Origin: Alphaproteobacteria bacterium
Lineage (GTDB): Bacteria; Pseudomonadota; Alphaproteobacteria; Micavibrionales; Micavibrionaceae
NCBI GenBank assembly: GCA_030750865.1
Contig: JASMHE010000010.1
Location: forward strand, 86,534 to 150,533
Length of the DNA stretch: 64,000 bases
Reading direction: 5' to 3'
In this document: positions 56,525 to 64,000 of the stretch, in pieces
How the letters are laid out: every line of letters begins with the position of its first letter
Numbering within the stretch: position 1 is the first letter of the stretch
Program-made: the position numbers and the translations under genes
Notes under the pieces: generated by a model
The model's database searches: none
What the model saw: the letters and a program-made list of their open reading frames with translations, nothing else
Told to the model about the DNA's origin: nothing

Positions 56525-58249
56525 CTAGTTCTCCGAGCTCATCCAGCCGCGCAAGACGGAGACTGTTTCGCTTGGATAGTTTTCGACAATATCTTCAACT
56601 TTTTTCACGGCAGAGGCTTTAACTTTACCCTGTACGGATTGCATATCGATCATCGCATCATCATCGTCTTGTCCGCCTTGTTGCTGTGGCTGTTGTCCGC
56701 CACTGCTGCCTTCGCCTGCGCCGGATTCCGCACTGACAGGGCCGTGTATTTGTCCGGCACTTGCGCCGCTATTGCCGCCCGGTCCGGACAGCATGCCTGC
56801 GGTTGCGGCAGAGCCAGATAATAGTTCTGTCTCAAGCTCTGAATCCAGTGCGCTGCCACTTGAAGAGAGCAGGCGGCCAAGCATTGGCTGTACGATCAGC
56901 AGGATAATCAGGATGACCATAATGGAAACGGCCAGTACCTCGACAGCGTCAAGCAGGTCGCTGCGCTCGAAACCGAAAATCATATTTGTAATGTTTGTGT
57001 TTTCGCCCGTATCAACTTCGGCGAACTTCATGTTGACGACCTGAATGCTGTCGCCGCGATCTTCGTCAAAGCCAACGGCCGATTTAACCAGCGATTCAAT
57101 CTGCTGAATTTGTTCTTCGCTGCGTGGCTCGTAGGTTTCATTGCCTTCTTCGTCTGTCGTGTATGTACCGTCAACCAGAACGGCAACAGACAGTTTTTTG
57201 ACTTCACCGACTTCGCGCACCATGCTGCGAACGGTTTTACTGATTTCGTAATTTGTGACTTCCTCAATGCGGGAGCCTTCTTGCACAGGCTTCGGATCGG
57301 CCAGAACATCGCCGCCGACGCCGGGAAGGTTTTGTGTCATGGAAACCTGACCGGATGGCGGTTCCCGTTCCAGATTATTTTCTTCGACAAGTTGTGTTGA
57401 ACGGACAACCTGTGTTTCAGGGTCATACAGTTCTTCGTTTGTTTGGATGCGGTCAAAGTTAAGGTCGGCTGTAACATTGGCGCGGACATTGCCGTAACCG
57501 ACAATGCGGCTAACGATATCTTCGATAGATGATGTCAGGCGTTTTTCATAGGTCAGACGCAGTTCTTCGGTTTTAACGGGCATCAGGCTTTCGCTGTCTT
57601 CGCCGCCACGTGCCAAAAGATTACCGTTACTGTCGATGACAGACACGTTATCAACTTTCAAATCAGGAACGGCTGATGCGACAAGCGACTGGATAGCCAG
57701 AATTTGTTCGCGCTGTATGCCTGCAGCGTTGCGGAAGGAGAGAAAAACACTGGCACTTGAATCTTGGTTTTCGCGGCTGAAGAGCTTTCTTTGTGGCAGA
57801 ACGAGGTGGACACGTGCGCTGCGTACTGTGTCAACAGACCCGATTGTACGGGCCAGTTCGCCTTCAAGGGCGCGGACCTGATTAATGTTCTGGACGAAGT
57901 TTGTTGTGCCGAAGCCTGATTGCTTGTCAAACAGTTCGTACCCCATGCTGCCGCCGTTCGGCAGGCCTTCTTGTGCCAGCAACATACGGGCGCGCTGTAC
58001 ATCATTTTCAGGGACGCGGATGCGTGATCCGTCATCGGAAAGGTCGTAAGGGATATTCGCACTTTGCAATGTTTGTGTTATGCGCGTTGAATCTGTCGGT
58101 GTGATATCGTTATAAAGCAGGCGTAGTTCGGGGGAGGAGATGCTCATTGTTACAAAAACGAAGAACATCAACAAAATAACAAGCACGCCGCCCATGATGG
58201 CAAGTCTGGACGGTCCTAGTTGCTTCAATGTGTCGACGAAACTACTCAC
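56525..58249 (-). CDS. fliF: Flagellar MS-ring protein FliF
   Basis: 574 aa with a GTG start. It has an N-terminal TM segment, a YscJ/FliF periplasmic domain (EGLPNGGSMGYELFD, RVHLVLP), a second TM segment and an FliG-binding C-terminus. Confidence 0.95.
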   Translation of the reverse strand: MSSFVDTLKQLGPSRLAIMGGVLVILLMFFVFVTMSISSPELRLLYNDITPTDSTRITQTLQSANIPYDLSDDGSRIRVPENDVQRARMLLAQEGLPNGGSMGYELFDKQSGFGTTNFVQNINQVRALEGELARTIGSVDTVRSARVHLVLPQRKLFSRENQDSSASVFLSFRNAAGIQREQILAIQSLVASAVPDLKVDNVSVIDSNGNLLARGGEDSESLMPVKTEELRLTYEKRLTSSIEDIVSRIVGYGNVRANVTADLNFDRIQTNEELYDPETQVVRSTQLVEENNLEREPPSGQVSMTQNLPGVGGDVLADPKPVQEGSRIEEVTNYEISKTVRSMVREVGEVKKLSVAVLVDGTYTTDEEGNETYEPRSEEQIQQIESLVKSAVGFDEDRGDSIQVVNMKFAEVDTGENTNITNMIFGFERSDLLDAVEVLAVSIMVILIILLIVQPMLGRLLSSSGSALDSELETELLSGSAATAGMLSGPGGNSGASAGQIHGPVSAESGAGEGSSGGQQPQQQGGQDDDDAMIDMQSVQGKVKASAVKKVEDIVENYPSETVSVLRGWMSSEN

Positions 58250-58688
58250 GCTTTCGGCCTATCTTTCTCTTGTGTTTCAAGACTGCAAATCCCGGAACGA
58301 GATCTTGGATGGATTGCGGATAACCGGATACAAACCAAATCACCCCTATATATGAATCTAAATGTTTGGCGACTCATGTGCAAGTCACAATTTTCACCAT
58401 ATCAAGTGATTATATAACTTTTTTAACAATTTTTCCATTCATCATTTGCGATATCACGCGAAAAAAGCGGATATGGCTGCAAAAACCTTAAAATCTGCCA
58501 GTGAGACGGTTTTTCATCGCTTCGTTTCACCAAAATAGGGTTTTTCCTCGTTCCTACACCACTCATTTTGACAAAAAAGGTTAAAATAACTCTAAAGAAT
58601 AGACCGCATTTAATGTTCTTGATTTTCCGGCCACGGTCAGCCATAAAAGCCTTATCAATATTGAAAATAATAAGAATAGAGCAAGCCA

Positions 58689-59804
58689 ATGGACTATAAA
58701 GACTTGGATCAGTCGGCACTGTCAGCCTTTGTGGATTATGACGGACACGAAATCGTCAGACGTTTTGAAGATGAAAAGACGGGATTAATCGCGTTTATCG
58801 CCGTTCATAATACGAATATCGGACCCGCGCTGGGGGGCTGTCGTATTCGCCCGTATGCCAGTGAACAGGACGCAATCGAAGATGTGCTGCGTTTGTCACG
58901 CGGTATGACGTATAAGAACGCGGCGGCAGGGTTGCCGCTTGGCGGCGGAAAGGCTGTTGTCATTGCCGATCCGTACAGCGAAAAAACCGATGAAATGATC
59001 AAGGCAATGGGCCGTGCGGTCGAAACGCTGGATGGGCAATATATCTCGGCTGAAGATAGCGGCCTGTCCGAAGATGATGTCCGTTTGATGTATGGCGAAA
59101 CACAATATGTGACAGGCTTTTCCGATGGTTTGACCGGCGGCTTGGGCGGTAATCCGTCACCGGCCACGGCGCATGGCGTTTATTGTGCCCTGAAAGCCAC
59201 GGTGAAATACAAGCTGGGGGCCGATACTGTTGACGGTCTGCATGTGGCTATTCAAGGACTTGGCGCGGTTGGATATGCGCTGTGCCGCATTTTGACAGAA
59301 AATGGCGCGCGCGTAACTGCGTGTGAAATGCGCGAGGATGTTGTAGAAAAAGCGCAAGAAGAATTTCCCGCGTTGCAGATTGTGCCCGTGGACAGCATTT
59401 TTGATGTCGATGCCGATATTTTTGCGCCGTGCGCGATGGGCGCGCAGCTGAATGACCTGACAATTCCGCGTTTGAAGGTTGATATGGTTGTCGGTGCGGC
59501 CAATAACCAGCTTGCGACAATGGGGCATGGCCAGATGCTTGCAGAGCGCGGTATTTTGTATGCGCCTGATTATGTTGTGAATGCCGGCGGCGTTATTTTT
59601 GTCAGCTATGAATATTTTCAGCGCAGCGGCAAAAATCCCTTCGATCATGCGTTAAATCACGATGAGATGATGGATCATGTCGAGCGTGCGACATCAAGCA
59701 TTGTGAAAATATTCGAACGCGCCGAGCGTGATAAGAGTCTGCCGCATGAAGCGGCCGATCGCTATGCGGAAAGCATTTTTATGACGCAGTCAAAAGCGGC
59801 GTAA
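58689..59804 (+). CDS. Leucine (Leu/Phe/Val) dehydrogenase, Glu/Leu/Phe/Val dehydrogenase family
   Basis: 371 aa. GPALGGCRIRPY, the catalytic-Lys context GLPLGGGKAVV, and the NAD-binding GLGAVG. Confidence 0.9.
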   Translation: MDYKDLDQSALSAFVDYDGHEIVRRFEDEKTGLIAFIAVHNTNIGPALGGCRIRPYASEQDAIEDVLRLSRGMTYKNAAAGLPLGGGKAVVIADPYSEKTDEMIKAMGRAVETLDGQYISAEDSGLSEDDVRLMYGETQYVTGFSDGLTGGLGGNPSPATAHGVYCALKATVKYKLGADTVDGLHVAIQGLGAVGYALCRILTENGARVTACEMREDVVEKAQEEFPALQIVPVDSIFDVDADIFAPCAMGAQLNDLTIPRLKVDMVVGAANNQLATMGHGQMLAERGILYAPDYVVNAGGVIFVSYEYFQRSGKNPFDHALNHDEMMDHVERATSSIVKIFERAERDKSLPHEAADRYAESIFMTQSKAA

Positions 59805-59820
59805 TGGCGCAGCATAAACG

Positions 59821-61935
59821 CTAATTTTTTATTTTATTCCAATATGTTGTGATGTGACGGTAAGACATTTTCTCTGTCGCATCATAGAGCGTGAACGGCT
59901 TATCGAGATATTGTCCGCTGTTGCGGCCAATTTGGTGCATGTTGATATTTGCGCGGCTGCCTTCCGGTATATATGGCACATTCCCGATCGGTAATGTCAG
60001 GGCAAGCCCCGTGTATAGGTGGGTGGTGCCACCGAAGCTATCAAAATCGGCATCATCCGTGGCTGTGATAAAAGCTTCGATTGAGGTGCCGTTTTTAAAT
60101 CTGTTTTGCAGGCTGAGTGTGCCGCCGATATCTTCGGCCAGATAGCGTCCTGCGCGGGCGTGCAGCGTCATGTCCGTTCCCGGAAATTCATACCAGCCAT
60201 TCAGGGCGCCGATCACCAGCCCGTCGCCGGTCATTGATAAATCGGCAAAGCTGTAGGGATCTCGCTTCATGACCTGATAGGCTTCGGCGCCGATACCGAA
60301 TGTTTTGCCAAATGGCCTGTACAGAATCTCACCGCCGAGGCCGGCATACATTTCTTCGAGGTAGCCACCGACCAGAGCCGCATGCACCTCATTGCCGAGG
60401 CTTTGCGTCCAGCCGATATAGGAATGATCAAGACTGGCAAAGCTATCGGTAAAGCGGTCAATATCGCCGCGTGTCGGCAGCGGATTGCGCGGCCGTAAAT
60501 CATGTATTTTGTGCAGATTATCAGTGATGTTCAGACGAAAGCCGTTTGTAATGTGGAAACGGTCGCTGAGCTGTTTTGTGTTTGATAAAACGGCGGATGT
60601 GCGATGCAGGATTCCGCTATCTTCTTCCGATAGGCTGATATCTTCGTTCAGGGATAAGGTAAACCATTGTGCCGATAATGTGCGGCGGTCTTCCAGAAGC
60701 TGTTTTGGCGGTGCTGTTTTGCGAAAATCCGTGTTGCGCCATATTTCTTGCGGGCTGCCATGATGACGGGCGATCGCGTTCTCCAGATCGCGCCGCATGA
60801 ATTTGATGTGCGGTCCGCGCAAGCCGAGATAGCGCGGCTGGAGTGTGATCGCCTCGACTGTTTTTCCGGCATGGTTGGAGATGTGCCGTGCTGTGCGGCC
60901 GATTTGCTTGGGCAGACTGTCATGTTGATTGATGTAAAGCGATGCGCGTACATCGTGCGGGCGGCGTTTTGTATCATAAAGCGCGATACCGTCTGATGAT
61001 GCCGCAACTTCCATTTCGCGCGGCAGGGATAGCCCTGTACGGTAGGGACGCATGCTGGCAGGTGTACGCTTTTTCGCTGTTTTGCCCCGCCAGTGCGATA
61101 GCGGGGATTGCAATGTCAGCGTGCCCATAATTTTTTCACCGCCCAGAATAGATACGCCGCCATTGATCCAGTCCGCCGGTTTATAATGTACGCCGATCGC
61201 CCACGGGTCAGGTGCATCATATCCGTCGATGTTCTGCTGTTCGACGATATAGCGGTCTGCGCCCCAGTCCGCTTTGAATGACAGGCCTTCCAGTTTTTTA
61301 TAGGGGGGCACGAAATATTCGATGCCACCAAAAAAGCCGACATCTTTGCCGGTAAACCAGTGTTCGGCCGTATTTGGAGATTCGCCGGATAATGCCCGTT
61401 TCTTGTTAAAGTGCGACCCCAGAATTTTCAGCGGGTTGTCGATATGGGCGGCTGAGCCGAGGCGCCCCCACGCAATCCCTGCACTGAAATCAAAATTCCC
61501 GTAATGTTTAGAGGCTGCCAGATATTCACTGGCAAAGCGTTTATGACCGAAGACGGATTGCAATCCGACGGAGATTGCGGGGATATATCTGTCTTCTTGG
61601 AGTAAGCGCAGTTTTAAATCAACACCGGGGTAGAAGCGGTCGGGTGAATCGTTCAGGCCCGAAATTTCGGCGCTTTGCCGCAGGGCGATATTCAAACCGG
61701 ATGTGATCTGGGTGCTGAGGCTGGCGTGAATATACGGGTCAGATGTCGAAAGATGCAGGGCGGTGTTGCCGGTTTCATCATGCCGTGCTGATGGTGTCGT
61801 GTTCAGACCGAGTGTGCCGTAAAGCCCGTGGGATGGTGATTTGTTACCTGCGTGTGTATGTTGCGCATGGGTTGATATCAAAAAAATGATACCGCAAAGA
61901 AATAAAACCTGTTTGCCAAAAGCCTTTATATGCAT
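59821..61935 (-). CDS. YjbH-family outer-membrane (exopolysaccharide-associated) protein
   Basis: 704 aa with a signal peptide. It contains GTLGLNTTPSAR, LRLLQEDRYIPAISVGLQSVFGHKRFASEYLAASKHYGNFDFSAGIAWGRLG, and beta-rich repeats. These match my memory of the YjbH/GfcD-like family. No yjbE/F/G-like partners lie nearby. Confidence 0.6.
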   Translation of the reverse strand: MHIKAFGKQVLFLCGIIFLISTHAQHTHAGNKSPSHGLYGTLGLNTTPSARHDETGNTALHLSTSDPYIHASLSTQITSGLNIALRQSAEISGLNDSPDRFYPGVDLKLRLLQEDRYIPAISVGLQSVFGHKRFASEYLAASKHYGNFDFSAGIAWGRLGSAAHIDNPLKILGSHFNKKRALSGESPNTAEHWFTGKDVGFFGGIEYFVPPYKKLEGLSFKADWGADRYIVEQQNIDGYDAPDPWAIGVHYKPADWINGGVSILGGEKIMGTLTLQSPLSHWRGKTAKKRTPASMRPYRTGLSLPREMEVAASSDGIALYDTKRRPHDVRASLYINQHDSLPKQIGRTARHISNHAGKTVEAITLQPRYLGLRGPHIKFMRRDLENAIARHHGSPQEIWRNTDFRKTAPPKQLLEDRRTLSAQWFTLSLNEDISLSEEDSGILHRTSAVLSNTKQLSDRFHITNGFRLNITDNLHKIHDLRPRNPLPTRGDIDRFTDSFASLDHSYIGWTQSLGNEVHAALVGGYLEEMYAGLGGEILYRPFGKTFGIGAEAYQVMKRDPYSFADLSMTGDGLVIGALNGWYEFPGTDMTLHARAGRYLAEDIGGTLSLQNRFKNGTSIEAFITATDDADFDSFGGTTHLYTGLALTLPIGNVPYIPEGSRANINMHQIGRNSGQYLDKPFTLYDATEKMSYRHITTYWNKIKN

Positions 61936-62107
61936 GCTTTCCCGTTTGGTGCGTGCGGAATTTGTGCCGACGTTAACCGGTCCGCAAGTGCTGTGATTCT
62001 TTTAAATGCAACGATTTTGAAGTCTCTTTGATGTAAATTGAGATGTCAAAACTTATAGAGGCCGCGCGTCTCTTAATCTCTGTATAATTTATGAGGCTAT
62101 TAGAACG

Positions 62108-63736
62108 GTGTTTTTCGACATTATACTTTTTGGACTTGTTGCGCTGGGCGGTATTTTGGTGCTGTGTGGAATATGGCTGCGTGTGACCCGGTTACGTCAC
62201 CGGTTACATCAGGAGCGCGATATCTCTTTGTTAACATATGCGATGGATCATCATGATGCGGGGGTTGCGGTGCTCGATCCGCATGATCATCGTGTGCTCT
62301 ACCAGAACAAGAGTTATCAGTGCTTTGCGCCGGATATTACGTCTGTGTTGGCGCAGGTGCGCTGGGATGAAAGGACGCACACGGAAACAGTGCATCGCGT
62401 TGATACGCGAAAAGAGGATCGTTTTTTATCTGTTTCGGTCTTTCCGGTTATTGATAATACCGGTTTGTTGCGCTGCTGGGTGATTTCGGTGCGGGATATT
62501 ACGCAGACGCATACGGATCATTTACTGCAGATGCAAACACGAAAGCTGGAAGCGATGGCGGCGCTCACCGGCGGTATTGCGCATGATTTCAATAATATCT
62601 TTTCAATCATTGAAGGGTTTACGCGGTTATCGCAAGTTGCAGATCATGACACGCAACATGATTATACGGATCGCGTATTGAATGCGGTTTTTCGCGGGGC
62701 TGATTTATGCCGTCGTATGATGACTTTCAGTCGTGCCGAGGTGCAAACGGAAGACGTCATTGATTGCGGGCAGGTTTTAACCGACCATGCGGAAAAATTT
62801 ATTGCGCATACTTATCCGTATGGCGGCCGGATCAAGCTTTATACTGATTTTGATATGGGGTGTGCCGTACGTCTATCCGAAGACGTGCTGTTCCAGATTG
62901 TCAGTGCATTGCTGCAAAATGCGATCGAGGCCATAGATGATGCTGAGAATGCAACAGGCGATATTATTCTGTCGGTTCAATCTGTAAGCAGCAATGATGT
63001 GCCACCGGCTGTGCAGCATGCCGCCGGTTTTGACGGCGGGCGCATCGTGAAGTTGTCGGTCATTGATGACGGAGCGGGGGTTGCGGCAGATATTGCGGAG
63101 CGGGTGTTTGATCCGTTTTTCTCAACCAAAGACAGTGGCCGCGGGACGGGGCTTGGCCTATCGCTTGTGTATGCGTTGATCAAGAATGCAGGCGGTTTTG
63201 TTGATTTTGTGTCCTATGCCGGCGAAGGGACGACAGTTGATGTCTATCTGCCTGAAAGTGACGACGTGCCGCAATCGCGTGAGGCGCGAGGCCATCGCAA
63301 TAATGCGGATTCCGATGATTTTGATTTGTCGCGGTGCCGGGCGCTGGTTGTGGATGATGAAGAAGATATTGTAGCGCTGACGGCGAATATGTTGCGCAGC
63401 TACGGCATGGACGTGCTGGAAGCCAATAACGGCAATCAGGCGCTGGTGCAATATGATGATTGTGACGGGGATATCGATGTCGTTATTACCGATGTCAGGA
63501 TGCCGGAACTCAATGGTGTGCAGCTTGCCGAATTGATTCGATCAATCGATCCGAATGTGAATATCATCTTCATGAGTGGCTATCCCGTATCCGCACAGGG
63601 CAACGGGAACGCGGTGCCTGTCACGGATGTCTGTTTGAAAAAGCCGGTTGATCCGGACGGATTGAAAGACGTGATCTGTAGCGTTTTGCAAAGGCAGGAC
63701 GGACGGCAGGCGGGTCGGGTTCAATATTGGCAGTGA
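62108..63736 (+). CDS. Hybrid sensor histidine kinase / response regulator
   Basis: 542 aa with a GTG start. The architecture is an N-terminal TM segment, a PAS-like segment, an H-box (GGIAHDFNNIFSIIEG), an HATPase domain (DDGAGV, GTGLGLS) and a C-terminal receiver (VVDDEE...ITDVRMPELNG). Confidence 0.9.
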   Translation: MFFDIILFGLVALGGILVLCGIWLRVTRLRHRLHQERDISLLTYAMDHHDAGVAVLDPHDHRVLYQNKSYQCFAPDITSVLAQVRWDERTHTETVHRVDTRKEDRFLSVSVFPVIDNTGLLRCWVISVRDITQTHTDHLLQMQTRKLEAMAALTGGIAHDFNNIFSIIEGFTRLSQVADHDTQHDYTDRVLNAVFRGADLCRRMMTFSRAEVQTEDVIDCGQVLTDHAEKFIAHTYPYGGRIKLYTDFDMGCAVRLSEDVLFQIVSALLQNAIEAIDDAENATGDIILSVQSVSSNDVPPAVQHAAGFDGGRIVKLSVIDDGAGVAADIAERVFDPFFSTKDSGRGTGLGLSLVYALIKNAGGFVDFVSYAGEGTTVDVYLPESDDVPQSREARGHRNNADSDDFDLSRCRALVVDDEEDIVALTANMLRSYGMDVLEANNGNQALVQYDDCDGDIDVVITDVRMPELNGVQLAELIRSIDPNVNIIFMSGYPVSAQGNGNAVPVTDVCLKKPVDPDGLKDVICSVLQRQDGRQAGRVQYWQ

Positions 63737-63804
63737 GCCAGGAAGTCATAAGCCACGCGGTAATAGAATGTAACGACAGGTAAGGTGATAAATAAAGGGA
63801 CGAT

Positions 63805-64000
63805 ATGACAAGATTTTCTGATTTCAGAGTATTGGTTGTCGAAGATCAAAGTGATGTACGGTCTATGTTGCGTAAAGTTTTGTCTGATTTGGGAATAACT
63901 CAGATTTTTGAAGCGTCTGATGGTCGTGAAGCGCTGTTATTCATGGATGACGCGTTTGATTTTGTAAATCTGGTGATTTGCGATTGGAATATGCCCAGCA
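63805..64000 (+). CDS. Response regulator receiver protein (5' part; continues beyond the window)
   Basis: The ATG at 63805 is preceded by AAAGGGA. The translation is MTRFSDFRVLVVEDQSDVRSMLRKVLSDLGITQIFEASDGREALLFMDDAFDFVNLVICDWNMPS, a receiver domain with a CDWNMP phospho-acceptor context. Confidence 0.85.
   Translation, partial: MTRFSDFRVLVVEDQSDVRSMLRKVLSDLGITQIFEASDGREALLFMDDAFDFVNLVICDWNMPS

Noticed and set aside
58478-58500. Sigma-54-like TGGCAG...TTGCA pair on the minus strand upstream of fliF
   Set aside because: The GG and GC dinucleotides are separated by 17 nt instead of the required 10. It is not a functional -24/-12 promoter geometry.
58423-58719. 98-aa minus-strand ORF in the fliF / leucine dehydrogenase intergenic region
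   Set aside because: It overlaps the dehydrogenase start on the opposite strand. It has no SD, an odd composition and no motif. It is treated as non-coding.

Overview
This 64-kb chromosomal window comes from a flagellated alphaproteobacterium. The lineage call rests on CtrA, ChpT, an FlbD-type sigma-54 activator and the fliF-fliG-fliH-fliN-motA-flbD gene order. I found no rRNA, tRNA, CRISPR array, transposase or integrase. Most of the window is densely packed housekeeping DNA, in this order:
- tspO (partial) and lepA, purH, then cheR, a CheY-like regulator and chpT.
- Sugar-nucleotide genes (PMM/PGM, galU), pepP, rpsU and pdxST.
- An arginine cluster: argB divergent from argC-argD-argF-argG-orf96-argH, with an adjacent GNAT and an M20 amidohydrolase.
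- A scattered yejA/yejB/yejE/yejF peptide ABC transporter, kdsB, pyrD and pgsA.
- ctrA, followed by a large flagellar region (fliI, fliJ, a FliK-like gene, flhG, flhF, flhA, flbD, motA, fliN, fliH, fliG, fliF).
- Leucine dehydrogenase, a YjbH-family outer-membrane protein and a hybrid histidine kinase with a response regulator.

The stretch I cannot explain is a six-gene cluster of unrecognisable proteins at 2386-6592, wedged between lepA and purH. It encodes proteins of 152, 71, 108, 116, 491 and 321 aa. The AT-rich region upstream of its 321/491-aa operon carries a bipartite element: an identical 15-mer plus an identical 14-mer. This element recurs in the ctrA-fliI intergenic region, with shorter copies upstream of the 108-aa gene and flhA.

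Other points worth a second look:
- A 430-bp non-coding gap after a C-terminally short argH.
- A VanX-like peptidase with an altered metal-ligand motif.
- A degenerate EAL protein.
- An OmpA-domain lipoprotein embedded in the flagellar cluster.

All functional calls come from reading motifs in the translations by eye. No database search was run.
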